From positions 24,842-88,841 of the forward strand of contig JAOIOC010000003.1 in NCBI GenBank assembly GCA_028140145.1: DNA of 64,000 bases, read 5' to 3'. The number at the start of each line of letters is the position of its first letter. Position 1 is the stretch's first letter. Under the pieces are notes generated by a model that was not told the origin of the DNA, did not search any database, and worked only from the letters and a program-made list of their open reading frames with translations. This document shows, piece after piece, positions 1 through 10,382 of this stretch. The translations under genes were made by a program, and so were the position numbers. Origin of the DNA: SAR86 cluster bacterium (GTDB lineage: Bacteria; Pseudomonadota; Gammaproteobacteria; Magnimaribacterales; AG-339-G14).

Positions 1-51
1 TAGTCGTATTAAATTGAAGTTAAATAAATCCCTCATTCTTGAGGAGTCTGA

Positions 52-846
52 TTAGTTACTGTCGGCTACTGCACCACCATCCGATGCAATAGTTTGGCCA
101 ACGATATATTCTCCTGCTCTGGAGCATAAAAAGATGGCGAGTCCAGCGATGTCCTCAATACCGCCAACTCTGCCGCTTGGATTTGCATCGCCTACCTGAC
201 TCCAGTCCACATCGGTATCGCCGCCGAAGCCCACTCCAGTACTTAACATCCAAGTTGGATAAGGTCCAGGCGCTATGGCATTAACAATTATCTTTTCTTT
301 AATTAAAAAAGCAGCTAACACGCGAGATAAATGATGCACGGCTGCTTTGGACGGACCGTATGCAAAATTTTCAAATGCTCCTTTCTTCAATCCATCAATC
401 GAACCAATGTTAATGACTCTGGAAGGATCAGTTTTTCCAGCTTCTCTTAATAAAGGGAGAAGTTTTTGTGTTAAAAAGAAGATGCCTTTTACGTTGGTAT
501 CCATGACTTTATCCCAACCCATTTCAGGATATGTGTCTATTGGTTCTCCCCAAGCAACTCCGGCGTTGTTAATTAAAATATCAAGTTTGTCCTCTTTTGC
601 TTTGATCGCATCAGCTAGAGCTTCTATGCCTTCAACATTGGAAACGTCTGCGGGAATGGATATGCACTCACCCCCGTATTCTTCGCTGAGTTTTTTTGCA
701 GTTTCATCGCAAGCATCTGCTTTTCTAGAACTGATATAAACTTTCGCTCCGGAGGATAAGAAGCCTGCTGCGATCATGCTTCCGATACCCCTTGAGCCCC
801 CCGTGACCAATGCCACTTTACCTTTAATAGAAAATATATCTTTCAT
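52..846 (-). CDS. Short-chain dehydrogenase/reductase (SDR family)
   Basis: TGGSRGIG Rossmann motif, NNAG, catalytic YGPSK (YxxxK); AGGAG SD upstream. Confidence 0.93.
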   Translation of the reverse strand: MKDIFSIKGKVALVTGGSRGIGSMIAAGFLSSGAKVYISSRKADACDETAKKLSEEYGGECISIPADVSNVEGIEALADAIKAKEDKLDILINNAGVAWGEPIDTYPEMGWDKVMDTNVKGIFFLTQKLLPLLREAGKTDPSRVINIGSIDGLKKGAFENFAYGPSKAAVHHLSRVLAAFLIKEKIIVNAIAPGPYPTWMLSTGVGFGGDTDVDWSQVGDANPSGRVGGIEDIAGLAIFLCSRAGEYIVGQTIASDGGAVADSN

Positions 847-880
847 TTGTCTCTCCTTTGAATCTTAAATACAAATATAA

Positions 881-1582
881 CTAATAAATAGCCAATTTAG
901 AAAACGGTTTCTCATTAATCTTGGTATTCTTCTTGGTGACTTCAAAAGCGTTCTTTCTTTTATTGAAAACTACTGCCTTATAAGGTTTTTCATCAATTAA
1001 ATGCAGAGCGCAACCGCCATCAATGGCAAAACATGCTTCAAATAATTTCCTTTTCAGCATTTTGTGTACCGTTGGTCTTCTCTGAGGTTCTTCGTCGTAG
1101 TGCGGACAGCAGACTCCAGAGACGAAATCTAGACAGTCCATGATTTTTAATTCATCAGCCCAAGAATCAGTTATCCCCTTTTCAAACCAGCAAATGGCTC
1201 CAGCACTAACTCCGCTCATCACAGTGCCTTTTTGGTATGCTTTTTTTAATATTTTATCCAAACCCCAGTCGCGCCATACTGCCAACATGCTTTTGGTATT
1301 CCCGCCACCTACAAAGATTGCGTCTTGCGAGGAAATTAACTTTTCTAAATCTGGAGTGCGTTTGAAAAAATCCAAGTGTGTGGGCACACAATTTAAACTA
1401 GCAAAAGTTGCGTAGTAGTTGAGCTTGTAAGCTTCTAGATCGCCGGTGGCTGTTGGAATAAAACAGATATTTGGTTTTCTCTTTTTTGTCTGTTCAAGAA
1501 TATATCGTTCTACGATCCCTTCACCAGGATTTCTTCCAAAGCCTCCGCCGCCAATGGATATAATTTGTCTTGGTTTACTCAC
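881..1582 (-). CDS. Peptidase E / S51 family (class I glutamine amidotransferase-like)
   Basis: FIPTA, FVGGGNT, GVSAGA nucleophile elbow, CPHY; GTG start. Confidence 0.88.
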   Translation of the reverse strand: MSKPRQIISIGGGGFGRNPGEGIVERYILEQTKKRKPNICFIPTATGDLEAYKLNYYATFASLNCVPTHLDFFKRTPDLEKLISSQDAIFVGGGNTKSMLAVWRDWGLDKILKKAYQKGTVMSGVSAGAICWFEKGITDSWADELKIMDCLDFVSGVCCPHYDEEPQRRPTVHKMLKRKLFEACFAIDGGCALHLIDEKPYKAVVFNKRKNAFEVTKKNTKINEKPFSKLAIY

Positions 1583-1695
1583 TTAAATTCTGGAAAAAAT
1601 TTGTTTTGCAAATACCGCACTTTAAGTGGTTTCCGAGTTTTCATCTCCCAATTAATATAACAGCTTTATTCCGTCCTTAAAATTTTTGAATCGAT

Positions 1696-2577
1696 TTAAG
1701 TGTTTAATTCTTCAGGAATTTCTTCAATTGCAGGTTCTAAATCTATAGGCGACAATTCTCTTGGACATCCAAATAATCTCTCGCAGGGAAGTTCTTTACC
1801 CATTTCTATTGGATAATTCTCGCTTAATATATCTCTTACCTTACCCGTCCAAATAGCGTACCCCCTCGGATTCATGTGCAACATATCAGGGATGTAAAGC
1901 TCTCTTCGAGGTTTTCCATCTTCCGTAAACATAGTTTCAGAGACATTGATTACAAAAAGGTTTGGATCAACTTTAGCAAGGTCTTCAATGTGATCGTTCC
2001 ATTTAAGTTGGAGGTTTCTTTGAAAAAAACGACTCGGCGAGGGCTGGATTTCGATAACAAAAAGTTTGGTGTCTGGTAAATCACGCTTCACGCGGTTATA
2101 AAAGATTTCAAAATCAAGTTTCACTTTCTCTACCGGGTTATAGGCTGCTATGTCGTTGGTGCCACAAAAAAATATGATAGCTTTAGGTTCGTAAGGCAAA
2201 ACAATCGATTCAAAATGCCTATTAATATGCTTGATATGGGCTCCACCAAAACCCCTATTGATAACTTCTAAGGGCGCCATATCCTCTGACAAAGATTTCC
2301 AAAGTCTTATCGATGAGCTGCCAATAAAAAGAAACTTATTTTTAGCCGGAGGAGAAATTTGATCTTGGGCTACGAATGCGTTGATATCCTCATCAAACTT
2401 CTCTATGTCGTTAGAGTTATAAGATTTTAATCTTTCTATCCAAGCTTCTAATTCTTCTTCGGTTAACTGATAGCCCATGGACTTAGCTGTCTCTCTTATA
2501 GTTTTTGCATACTGGCTATCCTCATTGCTTAATAATGAAACCGATATCAAAATAAAGATGATTAAAAAAACTTTCAT
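1696..2577 (-). CDS. SGNH/GDSL-type esterase/lipase with signal peptide
   Basis: FIGSSS block I, NRGFGG block II, GTND block III, DMLH (DxxH) block V; hydrophobic N-terminus. Confidence 0.87.
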   Translation of the reverse strand: MKVFLIIFILISVSLLSNEDSQYAKTIRETAKSMGYQLTEEELEAWIERLKSYNSNDIEKFDEDINAFVAQDQISPPAKNKFLFIGSSSIRLWKSLSEDMAPLEVINRGFGGAHIKHINRHFESIVLPYEPKAIIFFCGTNDIAAYNPVEKVKLDFEIFYNRVKRDLPDTKLFVIEIQPSPSRFFQRNLQLKWNDHIEDLAKVDPNLFVINVSETMFTEDGKPRRELYIPDMLHMNPRGYAIWTGKVRDILSENYPIEMGKELPCERLFGCPRELSPIDLEPAIEEIPEELNT

Positions 2578-2620
2578 ATCTTTTATATATTTTGCATTAA
2601 AAATGATATCTTAGACCGCT

Positions 2621-3001
2621 ATGACAGACAAAATAATCCTGATAGTTATTGGCCTGGAATGGCTTATTTTTGGATTAATTGGATTAATCAGCCCTGTTTA
2701 CATAGCAGCTTTATTGGATATGCAGTTAGGTTCTTCCATTGGCTACAACGAACTCAGGGCAATGTATGCATTTTTTGCGTGCATGGGTTTTACTGCTCTT
2801 TTGAGTTTATGGAATGTAAAACTTAAAAAAACCGCCTACCTATTATTTTGTATTGTTCTTGGATGTTTCTTAATTGGAAGAATCATAAGTTTCATTTTTG
2901 ATGGTTCGCCCACACAAGGAGGCATTATCATTTTTGTGAATGAACTTATTGTTTATGCTCTTGTAATGTGGAGATACAGGAAAAGAGAAGTTCTTTTTTA
3001 G
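2621..3001 (+). CDS. Small 4-TM membrane protein (DUF4345-like)
   Basis: Four hydrophobic segments; NELRAMY and GRIISFIFDG motifs. Confidence 0.7.
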   Translation: MTDKIILIVIGLEWLIFGLIGLISPVYIAALLDMQLGSSIGYNELRAMYAFFACMGFTALLSLWNVKLKKTAYLLFCIVLGCFLIGRIISFIFDGSPTQGGIIIFVNELIVYALVMWRYRKREVLF

Positions 3002-3014
3002 ATTTAGTTGGGGT

Positions 3015-4691
3015 TTGGTTTTGCGGTTTCTTATTGTTATTTTTTCTATTTTTCTTATTGGGTGTAATTTTTCAAGCGGAAAGGACACTGAAATCTTGAG
3101 CATTCCTCAAGGGGATTTAGTTGGTTTTACAAAAGGCGAAACCGATTATTTTTTGGGCATACCTTATGCTGAGCCTCCTACAGGAGATAATAGATTTGAA
3201 CCACCAAAATCTCATAAGGGTTGGAGCGATGTTTTAGAGGCAAAGGAAGCGGAAAAGCAGTGTATGCAACCTCAAGGTGAAGAAGGCGAATTAAGTGAGT
3301 TCTTTGAGGTTTTTCTTACGAAATCTGGAATGAAGCGGTGGGAACAAATCATTCTAGAAAATGCTGCCTGGCTTTTCGCAAGTTTAGATTTTGAGAAACA
3401 GCAATCCGAAGATTGCTTATTCATTAACATCATTAAACCCTCAAAAATAGATAACGGTTCCTTACCTGTTATGGTTTGGTTCCACGGAGGTGGTTATAAC
3501 TTCGGTAACGGTGATGGACTATACATAACAGATAGATTTGCAAAACGTGACGTTATCTTGGTAACAATGAACTACCGATTAGGTCCATTTGGATTTTTTG
3601 CACATCCGTTATTATCTGAAACATCAAAAATGGGTGTCTCAGGAAATTATGGAACTTTAGATCAAATCCAAGCCTTAAAATGGGTGCAGACCAATATACA
3701 TCTATTTGGGGGCGATCCAGATAACGTAACTATTTTCGGTGAATCCGCCGGAGGAGCAAGCGTTGAAACCTTAGTGTCAACAAAACTTGCAAAAGATCTT
3801 TTTCATAAAGCCATAGCTCAAAGCGGTTACACAGTAGGAAGAGCTAGAAATATCAGAGAGCAAAAAGGTGATCTAATTTCTGCAGAATCGCTCGGGGAAA
3901 AGTTTTTTTATTCAATATCTGGAATAGATAATCCTTCTGTAGAAGATATTAAAAATCTACCAGCGGATCTTTTTTTTGAAACTGAAAAATTTGAAAAGGA
4001 AAACGATAGTGAACAAGCTGGATGGTTTCCTATCGAGGACAAATGGGTTTTTGATTCGCCGACGCAAATAAGTTTTACCGAAGGCAAAACCAATGATGTT
4101 ATTTACGTTGCTGGATTTAATGCAAATGAGGGTACCAATTTATCTCCTTTCGTATTTGGTGAAAAACTTAATGAGAATGATTGGATCAAACAAACTTGGG
4201 AGATGAGTGACTTCTCTTACCTTCCTTTACCTGATGATGTAAAAGCATATGGCGAAAGTCTTGAATATTCGAAGGAACGATCTGCCAATGAATTGTGGGG
4301 CGATTTAGCATTTGGAGGAGATGGTTTTTTCATGGTTAATCAGTTTGCATCCAATGGCGGAGAAGCTTATTTGTATTATTTTGAAAAAGGCCCGTCATCG
4401 GATACCCAAACTCTTGATGCCGCGCATGGCTTAGAGTTGTTTTATCTGTTCGATAACATAGTCCCATTTTGGCCTTGGAAAAAAATTGATGATGAAATTA
4501 GAGATGCGATGCTTAAGGATTGGACGGATATTGCAAAATATGGAAAACCAAGAAGTGAATGGCAAAAATTTGATCCGAATAATCCAAAGGCAATGCATTA
4601 TGGGCAGAGAATTGAATTCAAGACTCCCGAAAAACTCTCTCTTTATAAGAGTCTAGAAAAGGTTTATTTAGAAGAAGGAAAAAATTTCTAG
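3015..4691 (+). CDS. Type-B carboxylesterase/lipase, probable lipoprotein
   Basis: GIPYAEPP, SEDCL, FHGGG oxyanion loop, FGESAGG catalytic Ser, AAHGLEL His; lipobox-like LIGC; TTG start. Confidence 0.92.
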   Translation: MVLRFLIVIFSIFLIGCNFSSGKDTEILSIPQGDLVGFTKGETDYFLGIPYAEPPTGDNRFEPPKSHKGWSDVLEAKEAEKQCMQPQGEEGELSEFFEVFLTKSGMKRWEQIILENAAWLFASLDFEKQQSEDCLFINIIKPSKIDNGSLPVMVWFHGGGYNFGNGDGLYITDRFAKRDVILVTMNYRLGPFGFFAHPLLSETSKMGVSGNYGTLDQIQALKWVQTNIHLFGGDPDNVTIFGESAGGASVETLVSTKLAKDLFHKAIAQSGYTVGRARNIREQKGDLISAESLGEKFFYSISGIDNPSVEDIKNLPADLFFETEKFEKENDSEQAGWFPIEDKWVFDSPTQISFTEGKTNDVIYVAGFNANEGTNLSPFVFGEKLNENDWIKQTWEMSDFSYLPLPDDVKAYGESLEYSKERSANELWGDLAFGGDGFFMVNQFASNGGEAYLYYFEKGPSSDTQTLDAAHGLELFYLFDNIVPFWPWKKIDDEIRDAMLKDWTDIAKYGKPRSEWQKFDPNNPKAMHYGQRIEFKTPEKLSLYKSLEKVYLEEGKNF

Positions 4692-5629
4692 AGCAGGTGC
4701 TTTTTCATGAAAGAAAGTGCTTGATCCATAGCGTCTCTTCTTATCGACCAATCTCCGCCCGAATGAGCGCCAAACTTTATCTCGCCGGTTTCAAATATTT
4801 TAACTCTATCTTCAAATGAGTTAGCACTCATTGCTTTTCCATCATCGGTAATAAAAGTGATACTTCCATCGTTTTTTAACTGTGCAAACTTTTCATTTAT
4901 TGCCAGCGCTTCAGGCCAAAAAGTCACAGGATGAATAGAGTCAAAAGAGTGATGACCTTTTTTAAATTCACACACCTCAACATCCGCACCAGCTTTCTTC
5001 ATTTCTTTGCAAATATCTTTAACAAGAATGCCAGGCGTATAGTCATCATCTGAACCAATTAAATTTAAAATTGGAGCTTTTGACCATCGGTGTTCATCCG
5101 GATTCAAAAACGTTGGAGGATAAAAAGGTAGGTGAGCACAAAATCTCTCACCGTTTGGTGCAAGCTTCTCCATAATAGGTTCCCACGCAGCATAGAAAGC
5201 TACCATGCCGCCTAAGCTCCAACCGGTAATTGCGATTTTATTTGCGTCTAGATCAGGATGCCTTGATAAAAATTTCAAAGGTTCTACCACATCAACCATC
5301 ATCATGGCTGTTGTCACAGAGAGTTGATCTTCGACAGTAGAAGCAACCCCTCTTGAATCAAAACTGTGAGCTTTAAAGACTGCAATTCCATTATTGAGAA
5401 AATTGAGTATATGTTCATGATGGTGCCCTGCCCAATTATCGCTTCCATGCGCGCATACTACTACTGGATAGGGTTTTTTCCCCTGTTCTGGAAAAATTAA
5501 CCAACCAAAACTATCTTGAGTTTCGGCTTCATCTAATTCATTAAATATTTGATAGAACTCATAAGGATTTTTGGATTTATATTCGATGTATCCGAATTCG
5601 TTTTCTTTAAAGTTGATTTTTTCGTTCAC
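4688..5629 (-). CDS. Dienelactone hydrolase-like alpha/beta hydrolase
   Basis: GWSLGG nucleophile, GSDDDYTP Asp, HHSFD His. Confidence 0.85.
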   Translation of the reverse strand: MNEKINFKENEFGYIEYKSKNPYEFYQIFNELDEAETQDSFGWLIFPEQGKKPYPVVVCAHGSDNWAGHHHEHILNFLNNGIAVFKAHSFDSRGVASTVEDQLSVTTAMMMVDVVEPLKFLSRHPDLDANKIAITGWSLGGMVAFYAAWEPIMEKLAPNGERFCAHLPFYPPTFLNPDEHRWSKAPILNLIGSDDDYTPGILVKDICKEMKKAGADVEVCEFKKGHHSFDSIHPVTFWPEALAINEKFAQLKNDGSITFITDDGKAMSANSFEDRVKIFETGEIKFGAHSGGDWSIRRDAMDQALSFMKKHLL

Positions 5630-5640
5630 GTCTTATAATT

Positions 5641-5659
5641 ATTGAGAATAATTCTTATT
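5641..5659. promoter_or_regulatory. Fur-box-like palindrome in the divergent promoter
   Basis: ATTGAGAATAATTCTTATT, close to TGAGAAT-N-ATTCTCA; AT-rich background lowers its significance. Confidence 0.35.
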
Positions 5660-5718
5660 TGATGATTAAATTTGCTCCATAAAGTGTCATAATGTCCAAC
5701 CGAACTTTGAAGAACTAA

Positions 5719-7242
5719 ATGAATCATAATATTCCGATTGATAATCTTATAGAAATTGCCCTCAATAACAAGGAAGGCATCACTGCATCCAATGGTGCCC
5801 TAATAGTCACCACGGGAAAGAGAACCGGGAGAAGCCCTAAAGACAGATTTATTGTCGAGGATTCAATTACCAGAGATGTTGTTGATTGGAGTGAGAACAA
5901 TCAGCCCATCAATTCAGAGAAGTTCGAACGACTTTGGAATGAGTCAGCAGACTATCTTAAGGGAAAAGAGACTTATACTGCAGATCTTCATGTTGGGGCT
6001 AGTGCTGAGCATTACCAGCCTGTTGTAGTTGAAAATGAGCTAGCCTGGCACAACGTCTTCTGTCAAAGCTTACTCATTAGACCTGAATCCTTTAACCCTA
6101 AGAAAAAAGATTTATGGAATCTTAGATGTGTTCCAAGCTTTGTTTGTGACCCTAAAGTCCATGGAACTAATTCGGATGGAACAGTGATGATCAATTTCAC
6201 TGAGAAAAAGGTTCTTATTCTTGGAATAGCGTATGCAGGCGAAATGAAGAAATCTATGTTTGGAGTCTTGAACTTCATCTTACCTGAACACGATGTCTTA
6301 CCTATGCATTGTGCTGCAAATGCTGGAGAGAACGGCGATGTTTCACTTTTCTTTGGTCTTTCTGGGACAGGCAAAACAACTCTATCAGCCGACCCAAGTA
6401 GATGGTTGATTGGCGATGATGAACATGGCTGGGGTGAGGGAATTGTCTTTAATTTCGAAGGCGGATGTTATGCAAAAACAGTAAACCTATCGCAAAAAAA
6501 CGAACCTATCATTTGGGATGCTATTAAAAGAGGCTCAGTGGTTGAAAATGTCGTACTCAAGCCTAATACCATTGATATTGATTACGCTAATCAATCTATT
6601 ACTGAGAATACAAGAGCGGTCTATCCTCTTTCACATGTAGACAGTCATTTAAAAGATAATTTTGCTGGCGAGCCAAATGCAATTATTTTCCTTACTTGTG
6701 ATTTAACTGGGGTACTGCCTCCAGTATCTATTCTGAGTAAAGAGGCGGCTGCGTATCACTTTCTCAGCGGTTATACAGCAAAAGTTGGTTCCACAGAAAT
6801 TGGTTCGACCAAAGATCTGGATTCAACCTTTTCTCACTGTTTCGGCTCTCCGTTTTTTCCAAGGCCTCCTAGAGTTTATGCTGAACTTTTAATGAAAAGA
6901 ATTGAGAGTTTCGGCAGTAAAGTATTCATTGTTAATTCTGGATGGACCGGAGGTCCATACGGAGTTGGTAATAGATTTGATATTCCTGTTACCAGGAGTG
7001 TCATAAAAGCTATACAGGATGGTTCTATCCATGAATCATCTACAGAAATGCTTGATATCATGAATGTTGAAATACCCGTCAATCTTGATGGCGTAGATCC
7101 AAAACTTTTAAATCCGTCTGCTACATGGGGAAGTAAATCAGATTACGATAATGAAGCAAAACAACTTGCTGAAAAATTTAGAACTAACATAGAAAAATTT
7201 AATCTCTCATCCGAAGTAGTAGCAGCTGGTCCAAAGGTATAA
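5719..7242 (+). CDS. pckA: Phosphoenolpyruvate carboxykinase (ATP)
   Basis: [28 protein letters not shown]-loop, [17 protein letters not shown]. Confidence 0.97.
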   Translation: MNHNIPIDNLIEIALNNKEGITASNGALIVTTGKRTGRSPKDRFIVEDSITRDVVDWSENNQPINSEKFERLWNESADYLKGKETYTADLHVGASAEHYQPVVVENELAWHNVFCQSLLIRPESFNPKKKDLWNLRCVPSFVCDPKVHGTNSDGTVMINFTEKKVLILGIAYAGEMKKSMFGVLNFILPEHDVLPMHCAANAGENGDVSLFFGLSGTGKTTLSADPSRWLIGDDEHGWGEGIVFNFEGGCYAKTVNLSQKNEPIIWDAIKRGSVVENVVLKPNTIDIDYANQSITENTRAVYPLSHVDSHLKDNFAGEPNAIIFLTCDLTGVLPPVSILSKEAAAYHFLSGYTAKVGSTEIGSTKDLDSTFSHCFGSPFFPRPPRVYAELLMKRIESFGSKVFIVNSGWTGGPYGVGNRFDIPVTRSVIKAIQDGSIHESSTEMLDIMNVEIPVNLDGVDPKLLNPSATWGSKSDYDNEAKQLAEKFRTNIEKFNLSSEVVAAGPKV

Positions 7243-7254
7243 TCTTTACCAGCA

Positions 7255-8805
7255 ATGTCTAACGAATTTCTTAATTCTCTAGAAGATCTAGACTCATTAA
7301 ATCTGTCTGATTTTATAAAATTCTCTCGGAGAGGCATTGAAAAAGAAAATTTAAGATCAAAGAATTGCTCCATATCTCTTGAAGATCATCCTAAAGCTTA
7401 CGGCTCGTCTTTGACCAATCCTAGAATCACCACTGACTTCTCAGAAGCCTTGATCGAGTTAGTCACCAGCCCAAATAAGGACCTTAATAACTGTCTTAAA
7501 GAGTTGGAAAATATCGTTTACTTTTGCTTAAAAAATACTGATGATGATTTTTGGCCGGCAAGCATACCCATGTCCATAGAAGATGAATCTGCAATTCCAA
7601 TTGCAGAATACGGGCACTCTAACTCGGGCAAACTGAAAAAACTTTATCGCATTGGTTTATCTCATAGATATGGAAGCATGATGCAGACGGTTTCCGGTAT
7701 ACATTACAATTTTTCTTTTGACGATCGATTATTTGAAGAATGGGCAAAAAATGAAGGTGGGTCACTCAGAGAATTCAAAGATAAAAAATATTTGAGTCTG
7801 GTAAGAAACTTCCGAAGAAATGCTTGGTTAATTACTTACCTTTTTGGATGCAGCCCTATAGTCCCAAAAGCTTTTGCAAAAGGGAGGGAACATAGTCTTA
7901 AAGAATTAAATGCAAATGATCTTTACCTAGAGAACGCCACTTGTCTAAGAATGGGAGAATTGGGATACATATCAAAATCACAAGATAATCTTAATATTGC
8001 CTACAATAATCTTGAGGAATATTTGGTCGATCTAAAAAAAGCCTTAACAACTGATCATCCAAGATATAAAACCCTAGGTACAAAAGTTGGTGATGAATAC
8101 ATACAGTTGAATACTGCTATCATTCAAATTGAAAATGAGTATTACAGCTCAATTAGACCTAAAAGATTAGTTGGAAGTGGAGAAAGACCAATTAATGCAC
8201 TCAGAGAAAACGGCATAGAGTACGTTGAGATTAGAGCTTTAGATAATAATATATATGATCCATTCGGTATTTCGGATGAAACAGCCATTTTCCTAGAAAG
8301 TTTTCTTTTTTACTGTTTGCTATGTGAAGATCAGCCGTGTGATGCTGATGAAATAATTAAAATACAAAATAATTGGGGGAAAGTTGTTCTCTCAGGTAGA
8401 GATGAAAACACAGAGTTACAGTTCAAAGAAGGCTCAGCACCATTAAAAGAAAGAGCTATCGAAATTCTCGATGCAATGACCAACTTTGAAGATCGAATAG
8501 GTGATCTGGGATATCGAAACATTTATAAAAAATCCCTAGAATCTCAAAGACTTAAAATAAGTGATTCAAACATGACACCTTCAGGAAAACTGTTACAAGA
8601 CATCACAGAATCTGGATTATCTTGGGATGAGTACACTGATCAGATCGCCAAAAGTCATAAAGAAGAGATACTTAAGTCAAAGAGAGATGTAGATTACTTA
8701 GAAGAGCAAGCTAAAAAATCATTAGAAGAGTTCTCTATAAAAGAAACTCAAAAAGAAAAAGACTTTGATTCTTTTCTTGCAGAGTACCTATCTGCAATTG
8801 AATAA
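7255..8805 (+). CDS. gshA: Glutamate--cysteine ligase
   Basis: RGIEKENLR, ITTDFSE, MQTVSGIHYNFS, IQIENEYYSSIRPK, YVEIRALD. Confidence 0.96.
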   Translation: MSNEFLNSLEDLDSLNLSDFIKFSRRGIEKENLRSKNCSISLEDHPKAYGSSLTNPRITTDFSEALIELVTSPNKDLNNCLKELENIVYFCLKNTDDDFWPASIPMSIEDESAIPIAEYGHSNSGKLKKLYRIGLSHRYGSMMQTVSGIHYNFSFDDRLFEEWAKNEGGSLREFKDKKYLSLVRNFRRNAWLITYLFGCSPIVPKAFAKGREHSLKELNANDLYLENATCLRMGELGYISKSQDNLNIAYNNLEEYLVDLKKALTTDHPRYKTLGTKVGDEYIQLNTAIIQIENEYYSSIRPKRLVGSGERPINALRENGIEYVEIRALDNNIYDPFGISDETAIFLESFLFYCLLCEDQPCDADEIIKIQNNWGKVVLSGRDENTELQFKEGSAPLKERAIEILDAMTNFEDRIGDLGYRNIYKKSLESQRLKISDSNMTPSGKLLQDITESGLSWDEYTDQIAKSHKEEILKSKRDVDYLEEQAKKSLEEFSIKETQKEKDFDSFLAEYLSAIE

Positions 8806-8836
8806 GGCAAAATATAAATTTAAATTGGAGAGAATT

Positions 8837-9826
8837 ATGAAAGCTTTTGTTTGTAATGAATTTGGACCAGTTGATATTCATAAGGTTGAAGATGTTACAG
8901 AGCCAGAATTGTTAGATGGCCAAGTATTAATTGATGTCAAAGCTGCTGGGGTCAGCTTTCCTGAAGTACTCATAGTCCAAGGCCTATATCAGTTCAAACC
9001 TCCCTTTCCTTTCATTCCGGGAGGAGAAGTCGCTGGTGTGATAAGTAAGATAGGGAACGGTGTTGAAGGTTATAAAGAAGGCGACAGGGTTATTGCTATG
9101 TGCGGAAATGGAGCGATGGCGGAGAAAGTTGCTGCATCTGCAGCCTCGCTTACTAAACTGCCAGAATCAATGAGCTTCCCCGAAGGAGCTGCATTTCCTA
9201 TGAACTACGGCACAACAATTCACGGCCTTAAACAAAGAGCCAATCTTCAAGAAGGTGAAACCTTAATGGTTTCTGGAGCTGCCGGAGGCCTAGGAATAAC
9301 TGCTATCCACGTAGGAAAAGCGATGGGTGCAAAAGTAATAGCAACTGCATCATCAGAAGAAAAATTAGAAATCTGTAAGCAAGAGGGAGCTGATGAGGTA
9401 GTTTTGTATCCCAGAGATATGGACAAAGACAAGCAAAAAGAATTTTCAAATAATCTGAAAGCCGTTGCTCCCAATGGAATTGATGTAATTTATGATATTG
9501 TTGGTGGTGATTATGCTGAGCCTTCTTTGAGAGCAATTGCAAGAAACGGCAGATATCTGGTAATAGGATTTACTGCAGGCATACCAAAAATGCCTCTGAA
9601 CTTAACACTACTAAAAGAATGCCAAATCGTCGGAGTATTTTGGGGACAGTTCCAAGGCTTGGAGCCTGAGGTAAATAAACAAAATTTTGATGATTGTTTT
9701 AAGATGGTGACTGATGGAAAATTTAAACCTTTAGTGTCACACACTTATAAGATTGAAGATTCAGTAGAAGCTTTAAAATTCATTCAAGATAGAAAAGCGA
9801 CCGGAAAAGTTATTGTAGAGTTTTAA
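8837..9826 (+). CDS. NADPH:quinone oxidoreductase family (MDR, zeta-crystallin-like)
   Basis: QGLYQFKPPFPFIPGGEVAG, GAAGGLG; start moved to ATG 8837 behind a GGAG SD. Confidence 0.9.
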   Translation: MKAFVCNEFGPVDIHKVEDVTEPELLDGQVLIDVKAAGVSFPEVLIVQGLYQFKPPFPFIPGGEVAGVISKIGNGVEGYKEGDRVIAMCGNGAMAEKVAASAASLTKLPESMSFPEGAAFPMNYGTTIHGLKQRANLQEGETLMVSGAAGGLGITAIHVGKAMGAKVIATASSEEKLEICKQEGADEVVLYPRDMDKDKQKEFSNNLKAVAPNGIDVIYDIVGGDYAEPSLRAIARNGRYLVIGFTAGIPKMPLNLTLLKECQIVGVFWGQFQGLEPEVNKQNFDDCFKMVTDGKFKPLVSHTYKIEDSVEALKFIQDRKATGKVIVEF

Positions 9827-9834
9827 ATGTTTTT

Positions 9835-9867
9835 AAAAAAAAAGAGGAGCTATAGCTCCTCTTTTTT
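9835..9867. terminator. Bidirectional rho-independent terminator
   Basis: AAAAAAGAGGAGC-TATA-GCTCCTCTTTTTT between convergent genes. Confidence 0.9.
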
Positions 9868-9878
9868 CTAGATAAAGT

Positions 9879-10283
9879 TTAGCTTCTTTTAATCCAAATC
9901 CCACCAAGAATAATTGCAAGAATAACAAGATACCAAACCATGAATACCGGATCTGCAGGTATCAAACTAAATGAAGAATCCCCCACACCAATCGAGTCAA
10001 CAAATTGCTGGCCACTAGCTGTGAGATTATCAAGCTCTGCTAGTGCATTGACAGTGCCTTGCCAGTTTGCATATAAGAAACCTACTGTTTGAAGATTGTA
10101 ATAAACAACACCCAAACCAAATAAGGTTGCTAAAACTTTGTTTAACATTGGCGTGCCAGGATCACTTTGAACATTTACCACCATTCTGAAGGCGACCCAT
10201 ATAAGAAAAGCACCTGCTGCAAGATATACAGAGTTACTTATTAAAAAAACATTAAATTGATTAATTATTTCCATTTCAGTCAT
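9879..10283 (-). CDS. Uncharacterised 3-TM membrane protein, tandem paralog 1 (WVAFR family)
   Basis: Start reassigned to ATG 10283 (AGGAGAG SD; aligns with the paralog N-termini); 134 aa. Confidence 0.85.
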   Translation of the reverse strand: MTEMEIINQFNVFLISNSVYLAAGAFLIWVAFRMVVNVQSDPGTPMLNKVLATLFGLGVVYYNLQTVGFLYANWQGTVNALAELDNLTASGQQFVDSIGVGDSSFSLIPADPVFMVWYLVILAIILGGIWIKRS

Positions 10284-10333
10284 ATTTCTCTCCTTAATAA
10301 TTAAACTGAGCTGACATAGTATCACCTACTATT

Positions 10334-10366
10334 AAAAAAGGGAGTAAGAAATTACCCCCTTTTTTT
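10334..10366 (-). terminator. Rho-independent terminator after paralog 2
   Basis: Minus strand AAAAAAAGGGGGTAA-TTTC-TTACTCCCTTTTTT. Confidence 0.82.
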
Positions 10367-10382
10367 ATTTTTATCTAGAGAC

